DNA of 64,000 bases from the NCBI GenBank assembly GCA_028280785.1, contig JANQLF010000122.1:23627-87626 (forward strand), read 5' to 3'. Made by a program: the position numbers and the translations under genes. The stretch comes from Planctomycetota bacterium (GTDB lineage: Bacteria > Planctomycetota > UBA11346). Positions 30,227 through 39,596 of the stretch are shown piece by piece. The notes below the pieces were generated by a model. The model was not told where the DNA came from. It saw only the letters and a program-made list of their open reading frames with translations, and made no database searches. Positions within the stretch are counted from its first letter, which is position 1; every line of letters starts with the position of its first letter.

Positions 30227-30262
30227 AAAAAGCCCTTCGATTATTCGAAGGGCTTTTTCTTT
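30227..30262 (+). terminator. rho-independent terminator (probable original tRNA-Gly terminator)
   Basis: AGCCCTTCG-ATTAT-CGAAGGGCT perfect hairpin followed by TTTTT. Confidence 0.7.
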
Positions 30263-30317
30263 ATAAAACAAATGGATGTAGAGTGTGACTTGAACTCACA
30301 ACTTACCAAGCCTGACA

Positions 30318-31673
30318 TTAGGTATTCACTGGCCAGGGGCCTTTTATGGCGAGTGTGTATCCAGGATTTTGAATATTAACGAATAAGGTTGAACCATCGG
30401 GCGAAAAGCAGGCCCCTGCAAATTCGGATCCATTAAATGCGTTCTCAGCAAAAATGTATGCCTGCCCCTCTGAGGTGACGCCGATTAATCTATTCCTCCG
30501 AGTGGCATTACCGTAATCGTTATCCTCACAGACGATCAAATCTCCCCATGGTGCTATCGTAAGATTATCATTATTTTCCATGATATCATTTGATTTGCTT
30601 TCATAGAATAATTGTAGGAGACCGGGATCATTATTTTCTGCTGCTTCACCTTCTACTTGGCTTGGTGTGTATTTCCATATTTGACCGACACCTGCTTCCC
30701 CACCAGTGCTGGCGGAAAAATATAAACTGTCTTTAGCCCACCATATGCCTTCACCTCGACTAAATGTTTTTGCTCCTAGCTTTTTCCCTGAAGTTCTTGT
30801 TGGTTTTGTTAATGCATCATAGTCGTCAATGGTTACCCATTCGACTGTATATAATTTGACTAACCAGTTGATTTGATTTTTAATTTTTAAAGCTTGAAGA
30901 ATTCCTGAGCTTAAGTCTCCGTAAGTATCCGGAATGAATCTATAAAAAAGTCCATCACCTTTATCTTCAGTTAAATATACAATTCCTGTGTCTGGGTCTA
31001 CGGTAGCAGCTTCATGATTAAAGCGACCCATTTTTTTTAATGGTATGGCATTTTGTAATCCGATAACTTCTGTTGCATCTACTTCAAAAATATATCCATG
31101 ATCTTTAGAATAATTACCGCCAGTGACATTATCTGACTCTTCGCAGGTTAGCCATGTATTCCAGGGTGTTTTCCCACCAGCACAATTAACGTCAGTTCCT
31201 GCAAGGCTTAAATGGCTGCTTACAATTGTCTCTAAATTTAAGTCATAAACAAAATTGGTGGTGCCTCCAATACAGGGAAGAGCACCTGAACCAGAATCGT
31301 ACAACTTGGGTACATCACTAGGAGATAATAAAGATGCATCGGAGCTAAACGGGCTTTCACTTTGTGATGAATAACCAAGCTCGTGGTTACGTACAACAAT
31401 TATTTGACTACCGACATGTGCAAATGTCGCCATGCCATCTGGTCTACCGGGAACCAGATATCCATCATTCATTAGGTTTCCAGTTTGTTGAATAATTTTA
31501 TAACTGAAACCTTCGGGCAAGTTTAATATATTAGAATTGTCAGATAACACTGGACCAAAACCAGCATGCTTAGCTGAACCATTGCCATTACTGCAAGATT
31601 GTAGCATTAAGAGTCCATTAAATGCTAACGATGTTGCACAAAATTGTTTAATAAATTCTCTTCTATTCGCCAT
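30318..31673 (-). CDS. TAT-signal lipoprotein, DUF839/PhoX-like beta-propeller family
   Basis: 451 aa; MANRREFIKQF twin-arginine motif + LQSC lipobox; C-terminal GACFSPDG..LFVNIQNPG resembles PhoX family terminus. Confidence 0.5.
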   Translation of the reverse strand: MANRREFIKQFCATSLAFNGLLMLQSCSNGNGSAKHAGFGPVLSDNSNILNLPEGFSYKIIQQTGNLMNDGYLVPGRPDGMATFAHVGSQIIVVRNHELGYSSQSESPFSSDASLLSPSDVPKLYDSGSGALPCIGGTTNFVYDLNLETIVSSHLSLAGTDVNCAGGKTPWNTWLTCEESDNVTGGNYSKDHGYIFEVDATEVIGLQNAIPLKKMGRFNHEAATVDPDTGIVYLTEDKGDGLFYRFIPDTYGDLSSGILQALKIKNQINWLVKLYTVEWVTIDDYDALTKPTRTSGKKLGAKTFSRGEGIWWAKDSLYFSASTGGEAGVGQIWKYTPSQVEGEAAENNDPGLLQLFYESKSNDIMENNDNLTIAPWGDLIVCEDNDYGNATRRNRLIGVTSEGQAYIFAENAFNGSEFAGACFSPDGSTLFVNIQNPGYTLAIKGPWPVNT

Positions 31674-31756
31674 TGAGATCTCTACCTAGCATTGTAATGA
31701 ATTCTGTAAGATGGCACCTGCTATTATTGTATAAATACAGAACATGGTATAAGTAC

Positions 31757-33007
31757 TTATACCTTCATCAGGCTTTCAATAGCCTTGATGCTCTTTGGAA
31801 TAGCCTTGGTCAATTCTTCACAGCCATCTTTGGTGATGAGTAGATCATCCTCAATGCGTATACCGATACTTTCATCAGCGAGGTAAACGCCGGGTTCGTT
31901 GCTGATGATCATGCCGGGAGCGAGTGGAATATTGTAATCACTTGGATCGTGAACATCCATGCCGATGTGGTGACTGAGTCCATGATGACGTTTGAGGCCC
32001 GCGTCTAAAATAGGTTGCCAGGCAATTTCATTTAATTCATTGATGGTAATACCCGGACGAGCGTGCTTACGGCCGAGTTTATTACAGTGCAATACTAATG
32101 CATATAATTCGCGATAACGCTTGTTGGTGAATTTACCGCTAATAGGTGCACAGCGAGTAACGTCTGCGCAATACGAGCCAAAAGTGGCGCCGGAATCAAT
32201 GAGGATGCCTTTGCGTTTATCGAGTGGTTGGTCGTTATGTGGGTAATGCAGTGTTGCTGCATTAAGGCCACAACCGACGATACTTGAAAATGCTAGCGGC
32301 TCGTGATGGGGACTCACATAATGTTGTAAGAGACAGCTGGCGATTTCAGATTCGTTTTTAAAAGTCGGAATTAATGGCAGTGTCTTTTTTAATCCGTGTT
32401 CGGTAATTTTAATTGCTTTGCGGTGTAAAGCTATTTCATCCTTGTCTTTAATCATGCGCATTGGGGTAAGTGCTGGCTCACCATTGAGCACTTCAATGCC
32501 GCGAAGTTTTTTCTTCCAAACGTCAAACTGAGCTGATTGAAAACCTGGTTCTTTATCACGAGACAACATAACAATTTTACCACGTGCACGTTTGGCTGCA
32601 TCGTGAATGTGATTCACGATATCGTGAACATCCCCAGTTTGGTCAACGCCAAAAGCTTTTTTGGCAGCAGTACCTGGTTGCAATTTTGGGCCTTCCCAAA
32701 TAACTCGTGCTGGATCTCCGGGATCAAGTAAAAGTAAATCGCGTTGTTTTGCTTTTGGATCAATTAACAGTGCAGCACCTGGTTCGTGACAACCACTAAA
32801 ATAATCAAACCATTGGTCCTGACGCGGAGCACCAGCAACGGGTGTGCGCATGGTTGAAAGATCTTCTTCTGGACAGCCAATCAAAAGAAGGGGGACCTGT
32901 TTGCCGAAAGCTTTCTGTAGCAAGCGAATAGCCTTACTGCGTCGACGACGATAGGTGCTGAGAGGAAGAGATCTGCCGCGAATAACCATGATGGTAGTGT
33001 GTGGCAT
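31757..33007 (-). CDS. Xaa-Pro aminopeptidase (M24 family)
   Basis: 416 aa; M24 metal ligand blocks HGLSHHIGMDVHD and ISNEPGVY...IRIEDD. Confidence 0.75.
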   Translation of the reverse strand: MPHTTIMVIRGRSLPLSTYRRRRSKAIRLLQKAFGKQVPLLLIGCPEEDLSTMRTPVAGAPRQDQWFDYFSGCHEPGAALLIDPKAKQRDLLLLDPGDPARVIWEGPKLQPGTAAKKAFGVDQTGDVHDIVNHIHDAAKRARGKIVMLSRDKEPGFQSAQFDVWKKKLRGIEVLNGEPALTPMRMIKDKDEIALHRKAIKITEHGLKKTLPLIPTFKNESEIASCLLQHYVSPHHEPLAFSSIVGCGLNAATLHYPHNDQPLDKRKGILIDSGATFGSYCADVTRCAPISGKFTNKRYRELYALVLHCNKLGRKHARPGITINELNEIAWQPILDAGLKRHHGLSHHIGMDVHDPSDYNIPLAPGMIISNEPGVYLADESIGIRIEDDLLITKDGCEELTKAIPKSIKAIESLMKV

Positions 33008-33029
33008 TTAGGGGCTTGGTAAATAGTTC

Positions 33030-33905
33030 TTGTTTCGAACGTCTGGCAATGAGGATACCTTAATGAGAAGTTTTTTAACCGAATTAGCCCATGTTGCCGG
33101 TAAAATTGCTCGACAACACTTTCGTAGCCTCGGCCATCAAGCCACCAGTAAAAAGGGTCGCAATGACTATGTGACCTTTGTTGACCGCAACATCGAAGAG
33201 ACGCTGAGTGTTCGAATAAAAAGCCAATATCCCGATCATTTAATTGTTGGTGAAGAAACGCATGAAGCATTCGGAGATTATGAGGGCCCCGCATGGATTA
33301 TCGATCCGATTGATGGCACGACTAATTTTGTACGTGGTATCCCACATTTTGCGATTTCTATTGCTTATTGTGAAAAAAACTTTGAACCAAAATTTTCGGT
33401 CATTTATGATCCGATGAAAGATGAGTTATTCTTCGCTGAAAAAAATGCTGGCGTGTGGATGAATAATGAGCGGATCTATACTTCAAATTGTAAGACGCTT
33501 GAGGAATCAATGATCGCCTGCGCAGCACCATTTCGCAGTATGGATGCGACTGATGATGTCTTTGCCATTATTAAAGAATTACAGCCACAAATCGATGACA
33601 TTCGTCGAGCCGGTTGTTGCGCATTAGATTTAGCCTACACCGCGGTTGGTCGTTGTGATGCGTATTGGGAATTAGGTATTTGGCCTTGGGATACCGCAGC
33701 TGGTGAATTAATGGTGCGTTGTGCTGGCGGAATAGTTACCGATGTAAGGGGCAATGAAGGTGATTTATTAACGCGCCGTAGCATCATTGCTGCTGCTACA
33801 CCAGAATTACATGCATTATTATCAAAGGCTTGTGCACGATTACAGCCTTGGTTGGACAAAGCACCGTATACAGATCATTTAGTCGCTTTGCAAAAACAGG
33901 CCTAA
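33030..33905 (+). CDS. inositol monophosphatase family protein (SuhB/CysQ-like)
   Basis: 291 aa; WIIDPIDGTTNFV and WDTAAG motifs. Confidence 0.75.
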   Translation: MFRTSGNEDTLMRSFLTELAHVAGKIARQHFRSLGHQATSKKGRNDYVTFVDRNIEETLSVRIKSQYPDHLIVGEETHEAFGDYEGPAWIIDPIDGTTNFVRGIPHFAISIAYCEKNFEPKFSVIYDPMKDELFFAEKNAGVWMNNERIYTSNCKTLEESMIACAAPFRSMDATDDVFAIIKELQPQIDDIRRAGCCALDLAYTAVGRCDAYWELGIWPWDTAAGELMVRCAGGIVTDVRGNEGDLLTRRSIIAAATPELHALLSKACARLQPWLDKAPYTDHLVALQKQA

Positions 33906-33908
33906 ACT

Positions 33909-34631
33909 ATGCTGATCCTCAGCTGGATCTCTACGGTACATCATCACGGGCATAATCGCCTACGCGGTTTAGTGATAGTAAGTTTACTGTTGCCAATTCT
34001 AGCGGGCATAATCTACGCACTCGAACAATATTTGGCAGGATCATTGGATGCAGATTCTTTGTATTGGCATAATATAATTGGAGACTGTCGGCTTTATAGC
34101 GAATCATTGTTCGATATATGGCAGTTGTGGACTTATGTATTTTTTCACGATAATATTTTCCAATTATTATTAAACGTATTTTTTTTATTGCCCATTGCAT
34201 TTTATTGGGAACGCCATTTTGGATTATGGTTTATTCTCACGATAATTTTACTGCTACCAGTTTGTGTGGTATTTTTCGTATTATCTAACACCATCGTACC
34301 CGATGTCGGTACCAGCCCCTTGGTGGTCGCTATGTATGCTGCAGTTTTATTACATGACCGCGGTATGTTAGCAGAGCTAGGGGTATTCACCTGGTGGGGT
34401 ACTCAGATTCGACTGCGCCGCGTCTCGCTGGCCTTATCATGGATATTAGTGGCATTTATTCTGCTTGATTTAAGTCAATGGTTTTGGCGTTCTTTTGATA
34501 TGTGGCAATTTAGTATTTACGTCATGAATATCATAGTAGCTGCGTGTGCCGGTTCTTCGGTCTACGCGGTCATGGATCATTTGCGTCAACGCTTGTTGTT
34601 AGAAGCGGAAGAGACGCAGTCTGCTACTTGA
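33909..34631 (+). CDS. polytopic membrane protein (possibly rhomboid-like)
   Basis: 240 aa, approx 6 TM helices; no clear GxSG catalytic motif. Confidence 0.4.
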   Translation: MLILSWISTVHHHGHNRLRGLVIVSLLLPILAGIIYALEQYLAGSLDADSLYWHNIIGDCRLYSESLFDIWQLWTYVFFHDNIFQLLLNVFFLLPIAFYWERHFGLWFILTIILLLPVCVVFFVLSNTIVPDVGTSPLVVAMYAAVLLHDRGMLAELGVFTWWGTQIRLRRVSLALSWILVAFILLDLSQWFWRSFDMWQFSIYVMNIIVAACAGSSVYAVMDHLRQRLLLEAEETQSAT

Positions 34632-34672
34632 GTTTTGGAGCAGATCCTAAGGATGCCGCCCCGGAGTAAGCA

Positions 34673-35965
34673 GTGGCTGAACAAATCGATAGTGCCCCCG
34701 TCAAAGGTGTTCGTGATTTCTATCCCGATGACATGCGCGTGCGCAATTGGTTGTTTGAGCATTGGCGTGCAGTAGCCAAGCAATTTGGCTATGAAGAGTA
34801 CGATGCTTGTGTGCTCGAATCTGAATCGCTGTATGTGCGTAAGGCTGGTGATGAAATAGTTGGTCAACTATATAATTTTGCTGATAAAGGTGATCGTAAG
34901 GTTGCATTGCGACCAGAAATGACACCAAGTTTGGCACGTATGGTTTTAGCCAAGAAAAATAGTTTAGCCTTTCCACTGCGTTGGTTTTCCATTCCACAAT
35001 GTTTCCGTTACGAACGCATGCAAAAAGGTCGTAAACGTGAGCACTTTCAATGGAATATGGATTGCATCGGTTTAGACAGCGTTGCCGCAGAGGTCGAGTT
35101 AATGTCTGCGCAGGTGGCATTTTTACAGAATGTCGGTTTCCAAGTCAGTGCAGAGAAATGTGACATCGCATTTAAAGTTTCAAATCGTCAGGTCCTCCAG
35201 GATTATTTAGCAACATTAAATATCACTGGCGAAGATTTTGCCGCGGTCTGTGTCATTATCGATAAGCGTGATAAAATTGGTGATGAAGCTTGCGCTGAAT
35301 TATTGGCAGAAAAAAATGTCGATGGAGAAACTGCAGGGAAGATCCTCGATTTATTAAATGTTCGTGGGCTCGACGATTTAGCACGGGTAGCAGGCGAGGA
35401 AAATGCCGGTTATCAATCATTAAAAGCATTAATGGAATTAGCAGAAGCAAGTGGTATTGCTCATGCCATTCAAATCGATTGTTCTGTGGTGCGCGGTCTG
35501 TCGTATTATACCGGAACCGTCTGGGAATTATTCGATGAATCTGGATCGGTGCCACGCGCCATCGCCGGTGGCGGTCGCTATGATCGTTTAATGGAAACCT
35601 TTGGTGGCCAATCAGTGCCAATGGTAGGTTTTGGTTTTGGTGATGTGGTTATTGCATTATTGCTCGAAGAGCGCGGACTTATTCCTAACTCCGATGCACG
35701 TGTTGATGATTATATTTATCCAATGAATGAATCGGGTTTTGTTATTGCCAATAAAATTGCTGCAAAGCTTCGCACAGATGGTCAGAAAGTTTTAGTCGAT
35801 TATTCCTGTCGCCGCTTCAAACACGTGATTAAAGCGGCAGAAAACGCAGGCGCATCACGGATGTTTACCCTAGGTGATCAAGAAATTGAAGCGGGTATTG
35901 TTAAGGTTCGTACCATTGGTGCCGAACGCGTAGAAAACGACCATCCAATTTCAGAATTTACCTAG
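34673..35965 (+). CDS. hisS: histidine--tRNA ligase
   Basis: 430 aa; GVRDF, motif 2 FRYERMQKGRKREHFQWNMD and class II motif 3 region; GTG start at 34673 (in-frame ATG at 34652 is also possible). Confidence 0.85.
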   Translation: MAEQIDSAPVKGVRDFYPDDMRVRNWLFEHWRAVAKQFGYEEYDACVLESESLYVRKAGDEIVGQLYNFADKGDRKVALRPEMTPSLARMVLAKKNSLAFPLRWFSIPQCFRYERMQKGRKREHFQWNMDCIGLDSVAAEVELMSAQVAFLQNVGFQVSAEKCDIAFKVSNRQVLQDYLATLNITGEDFAAVCVIIDKRDKIGDEACAELLAEKNVDGETAGKILDLLNVRGLDDLARVAGEENAGYQSLKALMELAEASGIAHAIQIDCSVVRGLSYYTGTVWELFDESGSVPRAIAGGGRYDRLMETFGGQSVPMVGFGFGDVVIALLLEERGLIPNSDARVDDYIYPMNESGFVIANKIAAKLRTDGQKVLVDYSCRRFKHVIKAAENAGASRMFTLGDQEIEAGIVKVRTIGAERVENDHPISEFT

Positions 35966-36089
35966 TGTCGCTGTTGCTGACGCCGAGTGACGGTCGTGGC
36001 TATTTGCCACGAATTTTTCATAGCGAAAGCGGAGAAAAATAGAAACGACAAAGTCAGCGAGGGGCTTGGGGCATTGCCCCAAAACAAAA
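35966..36089 (+). repeat. REP-like repeat family member (124 bp copy)
   Basis: Homologous along its length to 44847-44957 and to the right half of 48800-49096; ends with hairpin GGGGCATTGCCCC then AAAACAAAAG. Confidence 0.6.
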
Positions 36090-36131
36090 GGACGTATTGA
36101 GAAAGATCATCAAATTAGCGAATTCTCTTAA
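36090..36131 (+). other. orphan diverged copy of hisS 3' end (14 codons incl. stop)
   Basis: Translates GRIEKDHQISEFS* versus native AERVENDHPISEFT*; several identical residues use different codons (Ser TCA vs AGC). Confidence 0.5.
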
Positions 36132-36142
36132 ATTTTAATTTC

Positions 36143-36259
36143 TCTCACGGAGGCACGGAGCCACAGAGGGATTAAAAAATTGTGTTTATTTATATAAGTT
36201 ACCTTTTGTTTTGACGATTTAGATGGGAAATGCTTTTAAATCTCCGTGCCTCTGTGAGA
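36143..36259. repeat. 18 bp inverted repeat pair separated by 81 bp
   Basis: TCTCACGGAGGCACGGAG at 36143-36160 and CTCCGTGCCTCTGTGAGA at 36242-36259 (1 mismatch); right arm ends 7 bp from AraC-family gene stop. Confidence 0.5.
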
Positions 36260-36265
36260 ATTTAT

Positions 36266-37147
36266 TTAAGTTAATAAATTTTGGGATAGCCGACGTTGTT
36301 TGGCGCGAATTAACTTCGGTTGATAGGTTCCTGCTTTAATATCGATACGATACTGTTTTGGCGATACTTTATACTGTTGTTTAAATGCACGTGAAAAATG
36401 AAATTGATTTTCAAAGCCACATTCTTCAGCAATGTCTTGCACACTGATATCACTACGTGCTAAAATCATGGCGGCGTGGTCTAAACGAATATTGCGCAGA
36501 CATTGTGCCGGACTGACACCGAGTTCTTGCTTAAAGATGCGCACTAAGTGGCCACGTGATACATCAATAGCTGCGGCAATCTCTTCAACGGCGGGACTGT
36601 GCATGCCATGCAATTGCCATTGATTGCGTACGTAGTCCATTGATTTGCTGATTATGGGATGCTCTTCGATGCCAGTTTCAACGGACACACCTTGAGCACG
36701 CTCATAAATAAAACACAAGAGTGCATGTTTTAAACCTTGCACGGCTAAGGTTTGACTAATGCGATCATCGGCCTGGGCGGTGTAGATGACGTGATTCAGT
36801 AAACGAATTAAAAATTGTTCTTCACCGCATTGAATAATGCGTGGCCAATCACGTGGATTACCGAGGACGTGATTTTTATCCTCAATTTCAAAATGAATAA
36901 AACCGTGGCGAGTGCGTTTACCAGGATCCCAAATAAATGAATCAGTTTCACCTGGACGACATAAACACACGCTGCCTGCAGGCATGGCATAGCGTTCGTC
37001 GTCGGCTATCCACTCGACATCGCCACTGACAATCCATACGAATTCGTAGTTGGTGCAGTGGCGCGGTCCAAAGCTGGCTCCGGCTGGATAATCGGCGACG
37101 CCCATGGAATTGGCATGCTGAACGAGGATGTGATCGAGGCCAATCAT
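36266..37147 (-). CDS. AraC-family transcriptional regulator (N-terminal cupin + C-terminal AraC HTH)
   Basis: 293 aa; C-terminal DIAEECGFENQFHFSRAFKQQYKVSPKQYR. Confidence 0.75.
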   Translation of the reverse strand: MIGLDHILVQHANSMGVADYPAGASFGPRHCTNYEFVWIVSGDVEWIADDERYAMPAGSVCLCRPGETDSFIWDPGKRTRHGFIHFEIEDKNHVLGNPRDWPRIIQCGEEQFLIRLLNHVIYTAQADDRISQTLAVQGLKHALLCFIYERAQGVSVETGIEEHPIISKSMDYVRNQWQLHGMHSPAVEEIAAAIDVSRGHLVRIFKQELGVSPAQCLRNIRLDHAAMILARSDISVQDIAEECGFENQFHFSRAFKQQYKVSPKQYRIDIKAGTYQPKLIRAKQRRLSQNLLT

Positions 37148-37241
37148 CTGAATATGTTACAAAAAGATATGAAATTGTCCACAATAGGCATTCAAATGAG
37201 ATATTTGAGTATATACTGAGGGGCTGAAAAGGAGCATGTAG

Positions 37242-38156
37242 ATGCTAAGCACCAAAACCTTACCACAGATCACCGATGCCATGATCAAGCAGTATGTTGA
37301 GGATGGCTTTCTTATTGTAGAAGATCTCTTTGATCCTGAAGACATCACGGCGATGACTGATGAGGCACCCAAAATTGCCCGCGGCCAAAATGGCTTTCCA
37401 GCACTCTTAGAAGATGTTGAAAACAAAGCAGACGAAGAACTCGAGCGTGAAATATTGTGCATTCACTTTCCACATGCCGGTAGTGAAGTCATTCGCGACT
37501 ATGTCTGTGATGAAAGAGTATCGCATGTTTTGTCGAAGGTGACTGCGGCTCATTTACCTGAATCGTGGTGGGATGGCTCGGTGAAGTGCATGCAGTCGAT
37601 GTATTTTTGCAAAGCACCAGGCATGCCTGGTCAGGCTTGGCACCAAGATGAAATTTATATTCCAACCCGTGATCGTAGTTTAATTGGTGCATGGTATGCC
37701 CTTGATGATGCATCTGTCGAAAATGGATGCTTGTGGGTTATCCCTGGTAGTCATCGCAATGGTATTTTATATGAGCAACGTGCGCATCATGATCCAGAAT
37801 TTGATGGCGCCCAACAAAGTTTTGGTTTTGATGACAGTAGCGAAGTTCCAGTTGAAGTGAAAAAAGGCAGTGTTGTTTTCTTTAACGGCTACCTCTTACA
37901 TCGCAGCGCTAAAAATCGCAGTAAAGATGATTTCCGTCGCGTGCTGGTTAATCACTACATGAACTCGTACTCATTGTTACCATGGGGTGGTGCTGAGGAT
38001 GGCGTACCTGTGGCTCGATCAGATAAGCGCGCCGTCATGTTCGTCAGCGGCAAAGATCCATACCCCGAACGTCCATTGCTTGAATGCAATCACATGTCGT
38101 TGAGAGGAAAGTGTGAGGGCGAAAAGTGGGAGGGCGTCACTCGCGAAACAAATTGA
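37242..38156 (+). CDS. phytanoyl-CoA dioxygenase (PhyH) family Fe(II)/2OG oxygenase
   Basis: 304 aa; AWHQDE (HxD) and GYLLHRSAKNRS distal His/Arg. Confidence 0.7.
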   Translation: MLSTKTLPQITDAMIKQYVEDGFLIVEDLFDPEDITAMTDEAPKIARGQNGFPALLEDVENKADEELEREILCIHFPHAGSEVIRDYVCDERVSHVLSKVTAAHLPESWWDGSVKCMQSMYFCKAPGMPGQAWHQDEIYIPTRDRSLIGAWYALDDASVENGCLWVIPGSHRNGILYEQRAHHDPEFDGAQQSFGFDDSSEVPVEVKKGSVVFFNGYLLHRSAKNRSKDDFRRVLVNHYMNSYSLLPWGGAEDGVPVARSDKRAVMFVSGKDPYPERPLLECNHMSLRGKCEGEKWEGVTRETN

Positions 38157-38218
38157 GTCAAGTTGAATTGTTTATTTCCATTAAGAAATGGCGGTTTTTT
38201 ATGTTGATTAACGCTAAT

Positions 38219-39283
38219 TCAAAATCCGAAATCTTTAGGATTAGCTTTGCCGCGTTTATCACTTGCGCTCACGTATAATTTGAATTTGCCATCATCAGCA
38301 AGAAATAGACATTCGATTTTGGTGTTGGTGAATGTGGCGCTGCTTGAAGTACGAGAAGTTGAGGAGCTCTCCATTCCTCCAGCATGTTTATGAACAATGG
38401 TATCACCACTGCTTTGTGCTATGGCAGAAGTTGCTCCCATTTTTAGCATCATAAGGGTTTGGCCTAAGCCACCAAGATTGACTTTTTCCCAACGACTTGC
38501 ACCAATTTTCTTGCCTTTTGGTCCAATAAATTCGACATCCTGTTTTCGATCTGCTGGTATGAGATAGGCCGTATATTTTTGTTTCTTATGATGGAGCGTG
38601 TAGGCCTTGCCGGTTTCTACTTCGATGGGCTTTTCTAGTGAATTAAAGCCATCAATTTTCACAGTCTTTTGTAAATTCTTGGACATAGTAAATGTAAATT
38701 TTTCTCCGGGCTTAATTGGGTTAGCGCTTTTGGCTCCCTGTTTCGGTTTGACGGAGACATTCACCTGAAGAATGAGACTAGCGTGCCAGTTTTGATTAAT
38801 ACGAATATGCGGTTTGAAATCAGAAAACGTAATGGTGAATCCTGAGCTAGTACTTGGATTTTTATCGAGGTAGGATTTCTTCGCCTCTTTTGCTAATTGT
38901 TTGGTGCAAGCACGTTGTGCAATGTGGTACCAATTAAAAAGTCGATCCGCTGATGTTTCGAGCCAGTAGTTTTCAATGCTAAATTGTCCAGGGGCGGTTT
39001 CTTTGATGATGGCATCCTCAGACAAATCTTTGTCAGTTTTCAAAAAGGTGACTGGAATCTTAGTGTTTTTATTTCTTTTGAATGCGAGTGTATATTGTTT
39101 GTTATGCGTCACATGCAGAGCGTTGTCTTTAATACCAACATCATCAATGGTAAATGATATACTGTCTGGGTTAGCAACGTCTAACTTAAATTCTTCAGCT
39201 GAAATGAGTGGAATGATTACAAGCACAAGAAGATGCGATAATAGTTTGAAGATCATTGATTTGCTCCTTAGGCAAGCGCACAT
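38219..39283 (-). CDS. secreted hypothetical protein
   Basis: 354 aa; N-terminal signal peptide LLSHLLVLVIIPLISAEE. Confidence 0.5.
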   Translation of the reverse strand: MCACLRSKSMIFKLLSHLLVLVIIPLISAEEFKLDVANPDSISFTIDDVGIKDNALHVTHNKQYTLAFKRNKNTKIPVTFLKTDKDLSEDAIIKETAPGQFSIENYWLETSADRLFNWYHIAQRACTKQLAKEAKKSYLDKNPSTSSGFTITFSDFKPHIRINQNWHASLILQVNVSVKPKQGAKSANPIKPGEKFTFTMSKNLQKTVKIDGFNSLEKPIEVETGKAYTLHHKKQKYTAYLIPADRKQDVEFIGPKGKKIGASRWEKVNLGGLGQTLMMLKMGATSAIAQSSGDTIVHKHAGGMESSSTSRTSSSATFTNTKIECLFLADDGKFKLYVSASDKRGKANPKDFGF

Positions 39284-39412
39284 TTATAGATGAGATATGA
39301 ATAGGGCAATAAATAAACTGTCGTATTTGAATCGACAACGAGGCGTTCTGTTCTTGTAGGTTAAACAGTCTGAATATTAGACACATTTTTTAAATTATTG
39401 TTGTTACATGGA

Positions 39413-39493
39413 TTAGCGTTGAAATCGTCGTTCTAACTCTGTCCACGATAGATCTAATGTGGTCGGACGACCATGCGGACAATGTTCCATGTG
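39413..39493 (-). other. orphan recoded copy of mutL 3' end (26 codons + stop)
   Basis: Minus-strand translation HMEHCPHGRPTTLDLSWTELERRFQR* is identical to the MutL C-terminus; 17 of 81 nt differ from 39597-39677, all synonymous. Confidence 0.8.
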
Positions 39494-39596
39494 GCTTTTT
39501 GTTTCGAGACTCCGTCTCGGGCTCTGCGCCTTAAAATATCTCAAGAGCCAAGCTCATTATTGAAATATTTTAATGCTTCACGAACACATGGAACGT
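39494..39596 (-). repeat. REP-like repeat family member (103 bp copy)
   Basis: Reverse complement ends ...GGCGCAGAGCCCGAGACGGAGTCTCGAAACAAAAAG, homologous to the ends of the other copies; contains CAATAATGAG motif. Confidence 0.55.

Noticed and set aside
34652-34672. Possible upstream in-frame ATG start for hisS (MPPRSKQW...)
   Set aside because: Cannot be resolved from sequence alone; GTG at 34673 gives a canonical HisRS N-terminus, so the ORF-track start was kept.
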